This document shows positions 1-12,753 of a DNA stretch of 54,705 bases, piece by piece. The notes beneath the pieces are model-generated. The model was given only the letters and a program-made list of their open reading frames with translations, was not told the origin of the DNA and searched no databases. The DNA lies in the NCBI RefSeq assembly GCF_001194135.2, contig NC_068997.1, forward strand, positions 43,816,537 through 43,871,241, written 5' to 3'. The number at the start of each line of letters is the position of its first letter. Within the stretch, counting starts at the first letter, position 1. This DNA comes from Octopus bimaculoides (lineage: Eukaryota). Both the position numbers and the translations under genes were made by a program.

Positions 1-230
1 TATGTTGGCTGTCTCCAGGGTCTTTCTATTTGTGCACCTGAGAAAAGGACAAAGAATGTTGTCTACCAAGAGGCACTCTAATGATAACAACGGCAACTTC
101 AACTACTCCAATTTCAACTCCGCAATTTTTTCATCGTCCTGCCAGCCCACATAAGTCCAGTCTTGCTTTGCTCTCCTTACTAACTCACCACGACGTTCTT
201 TTTTTTCTACCAAGATCTGTCGCCCAAACA

Positions 231-270
231 CCACTTCGTATCCACTTCGTATCCACTTCGTATCCACTTC
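231..270. repeat. 11-bp tandem repeat (CCACTTCGTAT)3.6
   Basis: Three exact units plus a partial unit, read directly. Confidence 0.9.
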
Positions 271-367
271 TTCCTCTTTTTAATGTCTTCGTTTCTCTTT
301 TCGCGTCGCTCTCTGACCGGGTGAAACCGGGCTTAGCTGCTAGTATTTATTTAAAAGATCATTACTA

Positions 368-556
368 AGATGGTGAGCTGGCAGAATCATTAGCATGCCA
401 GGCGAAATGCTTAGTGGCATTTCTTCTGCCGAGGTGAACTTTGCCTTTTATCCTATCTGGGTCAATGAAATAAGTACTAGTTGAGAACTGGGGTCAATGT
501 AATCAATTATTCCCCCTCCCCCACAGATTTCAGGCCTTGTGCCTATAGCAGAAAGG

Positions 557-558
<2 letters not shown>
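368..558 (+). mobile_element. tRNA-derived SINE, family B (short form ending in (ATT)n)
   Basis: Head GGTGAGCTGGCAGAATC, core GACTTTGCCTTTCATCC...AGTACCAGTTGAG..CTGGGGT and tail TTTCAGGCCTTGTGCCTATAG..GAAAGGATT are shared with many other copies in the window. Confidence 0.85.

Positions 559-608
<50 letters not shown>
558..608. repeat. (TTA)n microsatellite between two family B SINEs
   Basis: Direct reading. Confidence 0.95.
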
Positions 609-609
<1 letters not shown>

Positions 610-764
610 GGTAGTGAGCTAGCAGAATCATTACCAAACAAGCAAATTGCTTAGCAGCGTTTTGCTTGTCTTTATGTTCTGAGTTCAAATTCCACTGAGG
701 TCGACTTTGCCTTTCATCCTTTCAGGGTTGATGAGACAAGTACCAGTTGAGTGCTGGGGTTGAT
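609..764 (+). mobile_element. SINE family B, second tandem copy, truncated by gap
   Basis: Same head, GAGTTCAAATTCC B-box-like motif and core as 368-558. Confidence 0.85.
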
Positions 765-1336
765 NNNNNNNNNNNNNNNNNNNNNNNNNNNNNNNNNNNN
801 NNNNNNNNNNNNNNNNNNNNNNNNNNNNNNNNNNNNNNNNNNNNNNNNNNNNNNNNNNNNNNNNNNNNNNNNNNNNNNNNNNNNNNNNNNNNNNNNNNNN
901 NNNNNNNNNNNNNNNNNNNNNNNNNNNNNNNNNNNNNNNNNNNNNNNNNNNNNNNNNNNNNNNNNNNNNNNNNNNNNNNNNNNNNNNNNNNNNNNNNNNN
1001 NNNNNNNNNNNNNNNNNNNNNNNNNNNNNNNNNNNNNNNNNNNNNNNNNNNNNNNNNNNNNNNNNNNNNNNNNNNNNNNNNNNNNNNNNNNNNNNNNNNN
1101 NNNNNNNNNNNNNNNNNNNNNNNNNNNNNNNNNNNNNNNNNNNNNNNNNNNNNNNNNNNNNNNNNNNNNNNNNNNNNNNNNNNNNNNNNNNNNNNNNNNN
1201 NNNNNNNNNNNNNNNNNNNNNNNNNNNNNNNNNNNNNNNNNNNNNNNNNNNNNNNNNNNNNNNNNNNNNNNNNNNNNNNNNNNNNNNNNNNNNNNNNNNN
1301 NNNNNNNNNNNNNNNNNNNNNNNNNNNNNNNNNNNN
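765..1336. other. Assembly gap. Other gaps: 15108-15149, 16099-16259, 29165-29442, 33205-33890, 36554-36574, 37690-37868, 44097-44136, 44327-44336, 45073-45258
   Basis: Runs of N; most abut microsatellites or SINEs. Confidence 1.
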
Positions 1337-1485
1337 TGTTAACGTCTCCGTAACTTTGCGGTTCGGTAAAAGAACAATAGAATAAGTACTAAGCTTCCAA
1401 AGAATAAGTCCTGGGGTCGATTTGCTCGACTAAAGGCGGTGCTCCAGCATGGCCGCAGTCAAATGACTGAAACAAGTAAAAGAGA
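1337..1485 (+). mobile_element. SINE family A, 3' half
   Basis: GTAACTT.GCGGTTCGG...GGTGCTCCAGCATGGCCGCAGTCAAATGACTGAAACAAGTAAAAGAG matches the 3' half of the copy at 52028-52452. Confidence 0.9.
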
Positions 1486-1749
1486 ATAATAAAACAATGT
1501 TATGAAGATCTATAAATTTATGCCTTAATGGATATATCGATAGTTAAATTAAAGTAAAATAACCTTAGTTATCCAATAGCTAAGGATGTTATATTTTTAT
1601 CTTTTATGTGTTCCAGACCAAAGGCCATGGAGCACTAGCATTATTAATTTTCTTTCTGTTATTAAGTTTAAATGCTTAATATAGTATGAGAGTAAACAGA
1701 TACATACATTGGCAGAAGAGAAAGGAGATATTCAAATATACTGACTTAT

Positions 1750-1925
1750 AGGCGCAGGAGTGGCTGTGTGGTAAGTAGCTTGCTTACCAACCACATGGTT
1801 CTGGGTTCATTTCCACTGCGTGGCACCTTGGGCAAGTGTCTTCTACTATAGTCTCAGGCCCACCAAAGCCTTGTGAGTGGATTTGGTAGACGGAAAACTG
1901 AAAGAAGCTCGTATATATATATACA
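1750..1925 (+). mobile_element. SINE family A, 5' half (tRNA-like head)
   Basis: AGGCGCAGGAGTGGCTGTGTGGTAAG (A-box-like), GGTTCATTTCC (B-box-like), ending in GAAACTGAAAGAAGC plus (TA)n. Confidence 0.9.
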
Positions 1926-3261
1926 TTGCATGTTGCTGACAGGAAAGGTTTCCTAAATTTGTTTTTCATGGCTCAGTGTGGAAAAAAAAAAGGATTACTC
2001 CTTTGAGTCATTGAGGTAAATGTAAATATTAATTTGGTGTTGTTTGACTATAGATACATCAGAAATAACAAGAATATTATTCAAAAACATGCTTATTGCT
2101 TATATATAAAATCTAATAGAAAAATAAAAAATAAAAACATGTATTTAAAGTTATATGTAATATATAACAAAAGGCATAGCCAAAAAGATGTAGAAAAATA
2201 CATATTGATAAATGTAAATAATATGTGAATAGATGACTTTATGAAAACTTAGGAGACATTCTAAACAAAACAATAACCAATTATTCTTACTGAAATGTGA
2301 GTTACAAACAACTGTTATTACATAATGATGTTACATTACAGTAATAAGATCATGCAAAAAAAAACAACAATAAAATTGTTTTAATGTCAGTTGATTATCT
2401 TAGGTAAAACTTGCAAGAACAACATAAATAATAGTTCAGACAATAATAAAAATCTTCAGTTTCTAATTCTGCATCATAAATGCAAAATAAAACCATTTTC
2501 TTTTTAACTAATAAATGGTATACTGAACAAATGAAACAACCCAATAAGACAGTTTTATAGCAAAGCAAATAAATAAAATATTTAATATTGTAGAAAGTAT
2601 ATTTAAATATTTGTGTATCAGATAGATGAAATATCTCTAAAACCAACAAAAATATGTCATGGTGAAAAAAATGTTAGTCACATATGCAAGGGAGATCACT
2701 CTAAACCGTCAAACAATTTGAAACCATATTTGCCATAAAATTAACACCCATCCCAACACAAATAAAAAAAAAAGTAGTCCATCATTTCATGTAATGGCCA
2801 AGCCATTTCTTCATTAACATATATAGACCAACAGTATGTGATTGAAAATGTCTATGTTTTTTAATGTAGTTACTAAATTTCTCTTTCAAATAATGTAAAA
2901 CACTCTTACCTGTTCCTAGAAAGCCAGCTAATAATAAGAAATTTACCTATTGGTCACGATGTCTAATAACATACATAAATGTATAATGTTCCTGGGATAC
3001 TTTATAATGTATAATACATAAACAGAAAAGAAAAGAAGATTAATGCAAAAGCTCAAGCAAACAAGAAACAAAAGTAAGCTAAAACCAGGTATTTAGAAGA
3101 CTAAGTTCAATAAGGCCGCATATGTGTGTGTATTTATATACAAAAATGCTTGTAACATGAGCAGAAGGGGCCGATTGTCCAAAGCCAGACTTGCTAGTCA
3201 CACAAGATTTCATGATGGCATTTTACTAATTTGAAGAGATGGCCTTCTGTAAAGAATTAGC

Positions 3262-3600
3262 AATCACTATCATCATGTAACATTTGTTTTCCATGCTGAT
3301 ATGGGTTGGATGGTTTGACAGGAACTGGCAAGCCAGAGGACTGCACCAGGTTTTAATGTCTATTTTGGCATGGTTTTTATGGTTGGAAGCTCTTCCTAAT
3401 TCCAACCACTTTACAGAGTGGCTTGTATGCTTTTTATGTGGCACCAGCACTGGCGAGGTCTGCTTTGGCATGGTTTTTTACAATTGGATGCCCTTCCAAT
3501 GCCAATGCCAACTTTACAGTGTGGACAGGATGCTTTTTATGTGGCACCAGCACTAGTGGGGGTCACTTGGTAACTTGCAAGACAAAGATTCTTTGATGGG
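3262..3600 (-). mobile_element. Retroposon 3'-tail family E with an internal tandem duplication
   Basis: Reverse complement of the GGGCATCC...AAACCATGCCAAA...CCCAT.CCAGCATGGAAA motif seen at 31836-32040; the TTTATGTGGCACCAGCACT block occurs twice. Confidence 0.7.
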
Positions 3601-3642
3601 GATTCGTGGAAGTGGCTTGTGCTAGGTGATGAGAGGTTAGAG

Positions 3643-3820
3643 CAGTGGTTCCCAGCCTGGGATCCACAGACCCCTGGTGGTCCACAAAAGTAGTACTGAG
3701 GGTCTGTGAACTAAAATCAAAATTTCACACACATATATATATATATGTATATATAAGGATAAGCATATTAAAAGAACTCTGGAGGAAAACTCATTTAAAT
3801 AAAAGTGTTGGGAACCACTG
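3643..3820. mobile_element. hAT (Charlie-type) MITE
   Basis: TIRs CAGTGGTTCCCA / TGGGAACCACTG flanked by an exact 8-bp TSD GGTTAGAG (3635-3642 and 3821-3828). Confidence 0.92.
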
Positions 3821-4129
3821 GGTTAGAGTGTGACAGAGGGACAGGAACAAGTGTCTTACTGTAGAGGGAATCAGAGAAGGAGAGAGAGAAAGAGATCATG
3901 AATGAGAGGGAGCGAGAGTGTAAAAGAGAACAAGGGTGAGGGAGAGCAAGAAAAAGATGGTTTTGATGTGCCAGGGCATACGCTGAAGGTACAGGGATGA
4001 GAATATAAATGTAATGGTAGACTATTGCCAAGGGTGCATGAGTAGGGATGAATGTAAAGAGGTGAGGAATGTAGTGACTGGTGAAACCTGGGTATATAGA
4101 GGAGGGGGATATAGAAGAAGTGTGTGAAT

Positions 4130-4380
4130 GTCTAGGCTATTGCATCAACAATTGCAGGATAGTGGTTTCAATTCCCAGACCAGGCGGTGCATTGTGTTCT
4201 TGAGGAAAACACTATTTCACATTGTGCTGCAATCACTTTGACATCTGATATGAGGCACACCATACCCATGTAAAGGCAATGTTGATTGATAGAAGGAGTA
4301 AATTCTTGTATAGCGCAAATATTTGACATTCTAAACAAATCATCTGTGTTGATTGTTCAGTAAGAAATTATACAGAACTG
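4130..4380 (+). mobile_element. tRNA-derived SINE family C, decayed
   Basis: GTGGTTTCAATTCCCAGACC...TTGTGTTCTTGAG..AAACACT.TTTCACATTG is shared with 42895-43185 and with the reverse complement of 5985-6261. Confidence 0.7.
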
Positions 4381-5240
4381 TTGTCAGTCATTTATAACAA
4401 AAGAGACCACCACCATGTGTGTGTGTGTGTGTGTATTTTTGTTTTTTTGTTCGTGAATGTGCATGCACACACATATACAACAAAAGCTTGTGAAAGTTTT
4501 TGTGAAACTCCACTCACAGTTCAAGAAGATAGTAGAAAACACTTAAGGTGCAATGTAGTGGAATTGAGCTCTGGACCATGCAGTTGTGAAGTGAACTTCT
4601 TTATCACATAGCCATGCCTGCAACTGTTTCTATAAATCTGGCAGTTTAATCATATCTACAAAACTCATATTATACAATAACGATGTGGTGTTAATACCCA
4701 GTAACTTAAACTGGGAGTGGAGGTAGCCATGAGGTGTGGTAGTTACCAAATACATTACTGCATTGAATTCAATATATTTAGAATATTTGATTATCTCCTT
4801 TTTGGTTACATTTAATTTATTTTATTGTATATTATATTTGCTAAACAAAAAGTATTGCTGGTTACAGATATCTACCTGGTCAGCACTTGGGTCACTACAT
4901 TTCTGACAGCAAGAGCATCAAGGAATTTTGTATAATGCAATAGGAACTACCAAACGGAGTTATATTTATTTGAAAGGATTAGTATTTTGGTCTTCTTGCC
5001 AATTTGTGCCTCTTTTACTGATGTATATTGGCAAAAGAGATACACATACATACTTATATATTTGTGAGTTTAAACACCACTGGGCTTTATTACACCTCTT
5101 TTGCTAACATGAGAACTTTAAACATGCTCTGTGTGTGTGTGTGTGTGTGTGTGTACGTCTGTGTGTACACGTGCTGCAGGGTGGGCCAAAAGTCATGCAC
5201 CAAAATATTTGGCCATCATGTGTTTGTTGATATTTTGTAA

Positions 5241-5289
<49 letters not shown>

Positions 5290-5984
5290 CCTATTGGGCT
5301 TATGCACAGAGAAATGGAATCACAGAAGAATAGGTGTTAATCTCAGGAATGTAACAAAAATTAGCAAAAGACTTGAGTCTTCAGTGATATAACGATGGTT
5401 AATGTAACCATAATTATTTTTTCATGTACTATAACACCATGCCGTAAAACTTGAGGAGAGACTGTTGTAGGGTATTACATGTTTAATATAATTTGAAAAA
5501 CTGAGGTTAATTTTCCTACTGCATTGTTAAGAATGTATATTGTACAGAATCAATCTCAGTACTTAGGTGGTACTTATCAACTTTGGGAGGACAAAACATA
5601 GTCAGCTTGGGTAGGATTTGAACCACAAATATAATTTGATGTAACCAAATAATTATAAGGCATGATGAGGCAACAAGATCCTCTAGGTGCTTGCTCGACC
5701 ATTCCCACAATCTTAAACAAGAAAGAACACATTAAATGATGCAGTACTAAATATACCTGAAAATAAGATGGGCTTATTATTGGAAGGTCTTTGTTTATAG
5801 GTTTGCTCAATTAAGGTTGAGGTGGGGGTTAAACAACAACAGCAAGACGTTCAGTATCATGTGAACATTTCTGTCCCCCATTGCCCTACACCAGGTAATA
5901 AAAAAAACAATAATAAATTTAAGAGTAAAAATAAAGGCTCCCTTCAGTCACAAATGACCATGGGATTGCATCAAGAAAGTTCCC

Positions 5985-6261
5985 TGCTGATGCAAAAGCC
6001 TTGGCAAGGTTGTCTTGTGGAAGATCAGCAGTCGCCCCAGCATACCTTGCTATGCCACTGATGTTGTCTAAGGGAAAGGCAAAGGTCAATACAGCTTGGC
6101 ACCAATGACATCACAACTCATTTCAACAGCTGAATGAACTGGAGCAACACAAAATAAAGTGTCTTGCTCAAGAACACAATACATGCCCCAGTCTGAGAAT
6201 CAAGCTCACAATCTCGCAATTGTAAGCCCAACTCTCTAACCACTGAGTTATGTGTCTTCAC
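5985..6261 (-). mobile_element. tRNA-derived SINE family C
   Basis: Reverse complement begins GTGAAGACACATAACTCAGTGGTTAGAG (tRNA A-box-like), followed by TTCTTGAGCAAGACACTTTATTTTGTGTTGCTCCAGTTCATTCAGCTG. Confidence 0.75.
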
Positions 6262-9029
6262 TAACGATTACAAAATAATGGTTTCTAATATTGGCACCGA
6301 GTCTTAGATTTTTCTTTTTTTAAAGTATAATCAATAAAAATAAAACTGACTGCACAATATGACTGGTTCTTATTTTAATGACCATGGAAGGATGGAAAAC
6401 AAAACAAAACATATAGTAAGATGAGATTTTGACTTAGAATGTAAGGTGTTGAAATTAAATACTACAAGGCATTTTGTCCAATGCTCTGCTGATTCAAACA
6501 TTGCACCACCTTATACAAAGAATATCAATCTCGTGGTCAGGAATCTTGTCTTTTCCCAGGGAACCTCTACACAGTAACTCAACCTACTACAAAAGCTGGC
6601 AAATCTCTGTTAAATATAGCCTATCATCTTAAAAGAAGGCCAAATATATTGAATAGTGTAATCTGGCGTACACTTTGTGCTGAATAAAAAATAGGATATT
6701 GCTTTGATCATAGGTCAGTTTAATCAGGGATTAAACAGCAATAAAAGCAACAGTGATTTCTAACTCAGGTGCAAGGCCACAAATGTGCTTATGTGTGGAA
6801 GGACGTGGGTTATAGTCAATTAAACTAACCTCCTTCCTATTTTACCTTCAAACATTATAATCCTCATAGCAACATCAGCTACTTTATAACTGTGTGTCTG
6901 GAAAAAGTTATCAGGGAAACCCTTGACTTGACTTTCTCCTTTCTCCTACTCCAACATCACTGATATAAGGAATTGCAACTCCCACTATCATTTGCACCTG
7001 AGTATCCTTCAATAAAGTGTGTGCACGTGCATGTTGCATGAGTGTTTGTTTTTGTGTCTTCACACAGACACCACTTAAGCAGTAGCAATCATTTTATTCC
7101 TGTCCCTCAAATAGTATGTTCCTTAGATCAGCAGTTTTGACACTTAAACATCAGTGAAATAAAAAAAAAATACCTTACTTGAAAAACAAGCATCAGCAAC
7201 AGGATGGGCATCCAGCCATAGAATACTGTCTTAAGTCTCGTCCAACCCATACCAGCATGGAAAAAGGGGAACAATGAAAATGATCATGAACAAACTGATG
7301 AAGAGCAATATTTTAAATCTTTAGTGACATTTTATGTCAACAAGATTAGGGTTATTTAAAAAAATAATGAGTCAAATTTTATTTGGTTTTAGTCTGCTAA
7401 TAGAATTGTGTTGTGTAAACTGAAACTACCTTTTGAATTTGTCACAAATCCTGTTGACTCTAGAAACTTCATCACATAATGGGAGATGGTTTGCCTCATT
7501 ACATGTATGTTTAAGCTATTTCTGGGTTTGTTATTCTCCATTAAAAAAAAAATCATAAACAAATGAAAAAAACTAGGGAGATTTTTGAAAAAAACAAAAT
7601 TAACTGAAAATTTTTTTTGAATCCTGACGGCCAGAGAGAATAGTTTCTTCAGTATTCTCTCAGAAACCAATTTCCATAAATGCCATCTGCTAGTTGCTTT
7701 CCTAACCAGGAATCCCATCCATCAATCTACCAAGAAATTCATGTGCCAAGCTGCTCATAACAAGCCTTCTATTGTGGGCTTAGATTTCTGGCTAATTTTG
7801 AAAGAGAATTTGCAAAGTGAAGCAAGTTTCATTTACATCTTAATCACCACCAATATACACCACCCATCTCTAAAATGGAACTTTCTTTCTCAGAGTCTTG
7901 CTGATAAAGATTAAATCCAGACATGTGTTAAAGAATATAACAATCTTTTAGTTTTGTTCTTTTTCTCTTCTCTAATACTGATTTAATACAAAGAATTGTG
8001 AAAACACATAACAGAATATAAACTATGTTTTATCATACACATGTTATCCTCTTTCTACAAATGATACCAACTAAAAGTATATCTCACCAGCAATCAGTTC
8101 ACTGATCTTACTAATATAAAATTATTTGGAATGTCATGCAGTATGAATATCAGACAATTTTATATTTCAGCGCATATTATAAATATCATAAATTAACTAC
8201 CAAGATGTTAATATAAATGATAATAGACCAACTGAGAATAAATTTGAGATAGACAAATGCAACAAGCCTACTGACTGATCTAGAACTACATATTTATCAA
8301 TTGCCAGACAAATCATAACTGACTTTATGTGCATTAAGCAGAATAGCCTCTACAACTGAAGTAAAAAGACCGACAAATTTATCTTGAGAAAGATAAATTA
8401 GTACAGTTAAAATATAAACAGGTTATGGTGTCTAATTTAACATAGAGTCGTGCAATCTCTGTAATGTAATCAGTAAGGCAGTCACCCAACAAGCAAGAGA
8501 TATGTGGTCTGAATCTTGTCAGTGGGCTTACTGCTATTTTCTGTCTCAAATTGGCGTTTATAATATCTAATATCATCTGTATTTTGATATGTTATGAATC
8601 TCAACCTTGTCCATAAGAAAGACATCTAACTTATTAGCACCCACCCACAAACACACTATAACTTCTAACCTACAAGCATGTCACATCATCCTTTTTCCTA
8701 GTCTGCTCTCTGGAACTAGCTAGTTGCAAACCATCTCCATACACACCCAACCAACATATCTGATTCTTCCTGTCATCATCCATATTGCATGATTCTAACC
8801 TCCACAACCCACACTGATAACTATGCCAATTTCCGTCTTTCCTCAGGAATTTCTTTCTTGCAGACATGGACTTACTGGTTTAATCCTTTTGTTACCTTAT
8901 TTCCATCGAAATACACTGCTTTTGTTCCAATTAGTTTTTAAAATAATGAAGAATTTATTAAGATAACTTTGTCAATTATTAAACTGGGGTTTGGAAAATA
9001 AACTGATGAGAAATTTTGATGGAAATTTT

Positions 9030-9246
9030 TATGACCGGTACTTATCTTGTACATTTCTATTCTACCAAATCACTAAGTTTAAGATATGTAAACAATCTCA
9101 AACCACTTATCAAGTATTGAGGCACATGCACACGCGCGCGCGCACACACACACACACACGCACAAAACAGGCTTCTGTACCATTTCTTTCTACTGGATTC
9201 ACTACTAAGGCTTTGGTTGGCTTGAAGGGAATTGCTTAATTACACA
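9030..9246 (-). repeat. Inverted local duplicate of the decayed SINE A at 9936-10175
   Basis: The two copies share idiosyncratic mutations (GAAATGGTACAGAAGCC; TTGAGATTGTTTACATATCTTAAACTTAGTGATTTGG) that the other family A copies lack. Confidence 0.85.
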
Positions 9247-9924
9247 GTTTAATTTAAATAATTTTAAGCAGAAACTTTGTATCATTGATTCAGGGGCTGT
9301 CACAGGCAGGTTGGTATCAAAGGGGTTAAGAGGGCCTGCAATGATCGTTAGTACTACTGCATTTTGGTGACTAATCATTAAAAAAAAAAAAAAAAAAAAT
9401 CAATGTTTAGGTTAGAAAACGATGCTTTATGTTATTCCATGTAATTTTATATTCTTAAAATCTATCATGTCTACATCTGTGACTACACAATATGGTTTAT
9501 TTATGCTATCAGTGGTGAGTCATATGACAGAAATATTTCTACCTGATGTGAGGGCCATTTAAGTCTTGAAATATGTTACGGTGCTGACTTCCCAGCATTT
9601 GTTGAAATATTTGCAGTTATAACCCCTAATAATCTTTTTTCAATCAGGCTAAACATGTTTTAAGCATATTAATGTTGTAAACTAATATGTTGCATACAGT
9701 ACATGTGCTTTCACATCATGAGCTAACTGGTCTTACTGAGCCAATGAAGAACCTGTACCTGATAGCACAACCTGGTAGATATAGCAGCCAAATCTCCAAC
9801 AAATTACACTGTACCATCTTAAAATGGGAGGGATATGCAGCATAATATAGTCGTAGATGTGCAATACTTGAGAAAATGACAATATGTTCATGAGAACTAA
9901 AATATAGACCTATACATATATAAG

Positions 9925-10190
9925 TGTAGACATGGGTGTGTAATTAAGCAATTCCCTTCACAACCATGTGGGTTTGGGTAAGCACATGACCTCCAAGCCA
10001 ACCAGTGTTTTAGGAGTGAATCTAGTAGAAAGAAATGGTACAGAAGCCTATTTTGTGTGTGTGTGTGTGTGTGTGCATGTGCCTCAGTACTTGATAAGTA
10101 GTTTGAGATTGTTTACATATCTTAAACTTAGTGATTTGGTGGAATAGAGATGTACAGGATAAATACCAGTCATAATGAAAAAAAAAGAAT
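9925..10190 (+). mobile_element. SINE family A, decayed and internally deleted
   Basis: Degenerate head, internal (TG)n and partial 3' half. Confidence 0.75.
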
Positions 10191-10231
10191 AATGGGGTTA
10201 ATATGTTTAAGTAAAATGAATAAATATTTAT

Positions 10232-10395
10232 AGGCATAGGAGTGGCTGTGTGGTAAGTAGCTTGTTTACCACCTGCATGGTTCCAGGTTCAGTCCCACTG
10301 CATGGCACCTTGAGCAAATGTCTTCCATTTTAGCTTTGGGCCGACCAAAGCCTTGCGACGAGTGGATTTGGTAGACGGAAACTGAAAGAAGCTTG

Positions 10396-10443
<48 letters not shown>

Positions 10444-10650
10444 GTTTGTGTGTCTGTGTTTGTCCCCCACCTATCGCTTGACAAACAATTTTGGTGTGTT
10501 TACACCCCTGTAACTTAGCGGTTCAGCAAAAGAGACCGATAGAATGAGTACTTGGTTTACAGAGTAAGTCTCAAAGAATACGTCCTGGGGTCGATTTGTT
10601 TGTGGTGCTGCAGCATAGCCGTATTCAAATGACTGAAACAAATAAAAGAA
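10232..10650 (+). mobile_element. SINE family A, full length with internal (TA)n
   Basis: Head, internal microsatellite and 3' half ending AAATGACTGAAACAAATAAAAGAA. Confidence 0.92.
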
Positions 10651-10719
10651 TTACAGAATATATATATATATATAAACAAAACAAGAATTTGGAAATTTTT
10701 ATTATTATTTATTCACCAT

Positions 10720-10986
10720 TACATAGGTTTCATTTGCTAATAAAAATTACAAAGTTTTACATGTTATATAGACGTATAACAAATTTTCCTTTAGAAATTC
10801 ATTAGGCAAAGAAATTAAATAATACAAATTTTACATTTATATTTATATAGTAACCAAGAGCAGCACAGACTGCCCTGGTGAGGGAAGAAAATTCTATTCT
10901 CTGAAGAATTTTTAATAAGAAATTCCTTACATGTCTATAAAACATGTAAAACTTAGTAATTCCTATTAGCAAGTGAAACACGTGTA
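10720..10986. repeat. Imperfect inverted repeat, arms about 80 bp; possible MITE
   Basis: 10720-10801 aligns with the reverse complement of 10906-10986. The ORF track shows the near-identical peptides FHLLIKITKFYMLYR (+) and FHLLIGITKFYMFYR (-). Confidence 0.75.
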
Positions 10987-11384
10987 GCCTCGAGCCGACC
11001 AAAGCCTTGTGAGTGGATTTAGTAGACAGAAACTGAAAGAAGCTTGTTGTGTGTGTGTGTATATATATACATGTATGTATGTATTTGTGCATCTGACAAT
11101 ACTGTATTAATAACATAATATCAAGTGACTCCAATATTGTGCTAACAAAGCTGAAAACTCAAAGTGTTTACACATACTTAACTGTTGGATTAAAAACATA
11201 ATAGCAACAGAAGGATATGTCTGATGTAATTTATAATTAGTACCACTGGAATGACACACAATCATTACCTATATAAGGATAACTTCCATACAATAGCAAT
11301 AGTAAAATTTGAAAATATTGTTGGGATATTTTCACACAATATTTGTTAACTTTGAATATTCTTATGCATATTTTCCAAGAGTTC

Positions 11385-11977
11385 TTTTATTTGTTTCAGT
11401 CGTTTGACTGTGGCCATGCTGGAGCACCGTCTTTAGTCAAACAAATTGACCCCAGGACTTATTCTTTGTAAGCCTAGTACTTATTCTATCAGTCTCTTTT
11501 GCTGAACCACTAAGTTATGGGAACGTAAACACACCAACATTGGTTGTCAAGTGATGGTGGGGAGACAAACAGACATACACACATATACATATATGATGGA
11601 CTCTTTTCAGTTTCTTATTTCTTTATTTCCTACAGGGGGCTAAACATAGAGGGGACAAACAAGGACAGACAAAAGGATTAAGTCAATTACAGCGACCCAG
11701 TGCATAACTGGTACTTAATTTATCGACCTCAAAAGGATGAAAGGCTAAGCTGACCTCAGCGGAATTTGAACTCAGAATGTAACGGCAGATGAAATTCCGA
11801 TAAGCATTTCGCCCGGCGTGTTAACGTTTCTGACAGCTTGCCGTTTTTCTTCAGTTTCTGTCTACCAAATTCACTCACATGGTTTTGGTCAGCCCAAGGT
11901 GCCATGAAGTGGGACTGAACCCAGAACCATGTGGTTGGTAAGCAAGGTACTTACCATGCAGCCACTCCTGCACCTAT
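11385..11977 (-). mobile_element. SINE family A interrupted by a family B insertion
   Basis: 3' half at 11385-11614 and 5' half at 11850-11977. Confidence 0.85.
11615..11849 (-). mobile_element. SINE family B (long-tail form) nested in SINE A
   Basis: Flanked by direct repeat TTCAGTTTC (11606-11614 and 11850-11858), consistent with a TSD. Confidence 0.85.
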
Positions 11978-12063
11978 GTTATGTAATTCTTTTTAATCAA
12001 GGATGGAAATTCCTGACTTATTTCTCAAATCATGAATAATAAAGTCAACAACAACAACAAGAA

Positions 12064-12753
12064 TAATAATCCTACTAATTTTGGCACAAGGCCAGCAATT
12101 TTAAGTTGGTTGGGGAACTCAGTTACATTGACCCTAGTGCTCAACTAGTATTTGTTTTATCGAGTATGAAAGGGTGAAAAGCAAAGTCAACCTTGGCAGC
12201 ATTTAAATGCAAAACAAAGCCAGAAGAAATATTACTAAGCACTTTTGCCTAATGTGCTAGCAACTCTAATAGCTCACCATTCTAATAATAATAGTAGTAA
12301 TAATCTTTTCTACTATAGGCACAAGGCCTGAAATTGGGTGGTGGGGTAGTCAATTACAACGACCCCAGTACTCAACTGGTACTTGATTTATAGACCCCAA
12401 AAGGATGAAAGGCAAAGTCAACCTCGGCAGAATTTGAACTCGGAACGTAGTGGCAGATGAAATACTGGTAAGCATTTCGTCTGGCATGCTAACAATTCTG
12501 CCAGCCCACTGTTTTAAATAATAATAATAATAATAATAATAATTTCTATTAAAAGCACAAAGCCTGAAATTTGGAGGGAGGGGGTTAGTCAATTAGTTCG
12601 ATCCAAGTGCTTCACTGGTTCTCAATTTATTGATACCAAAAGGATGAAAGGCAAAGTCAACTTCAGCTGAATTTGAACTCAGAACATAGCAGCGGATGAA
12701 ATACTGCTAAGTATTTTATCCAGTGTGTTAACGACTCTGCCAGCTCGCCACCT
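12064..12753 (-). mobile_element. Three tandem SINE family B copies separated by (TAA)n tracts
   Basis: Copies at about 12064-12282, 12301-12514 and 12541-12753, each with reverse-complement head and core; mutually diverged. Confidence 0.85.

Noticed and set aside
300-345. CTGACCGGGTGAAACCGGG as a hammerhead
   Set aside because: CUGA and GAAAC are present, but the GA of the core, stem II and a cleavage triplet cannot be built.
747-1385. Long ORFs in the track (also 16041-16325, 28926-29508, 33156-34022, 37643-37891, 45034-45273)
   Set aside because: They are open only because of N-runs.
1784-1969. Recurrent peptides such as QIHSQGFGRPEA and PSTKSTHKALVG in many ORFs
   Set aside because: They are translations of SINE family A, not a protein family.
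2900-3260. Minus-strand donor CAG|gtaag at about 2909 and a hydrophobic frame nearby as the next exon of the 17.4 kb gene
   Set aside because: Every acceptor tried gives a stop in the required phase 0.
5177-5235. CAGGGTGGGCCAAAAGTCA as a Tc1/mariner TIR
   Set aside because: No partner TIR or TA TSD found.
7389-7718. 109-aa minus-strand ORF
   Set aside because: Low-complexity A/T-run composition, no recognisable motif and no supporting splice pair.
8700-8870. HDSNLHNPH* resembling the GDFN.H endonuclease motif of LINEs
   Set aside because: A single short degenerate motif; insufficient to call.
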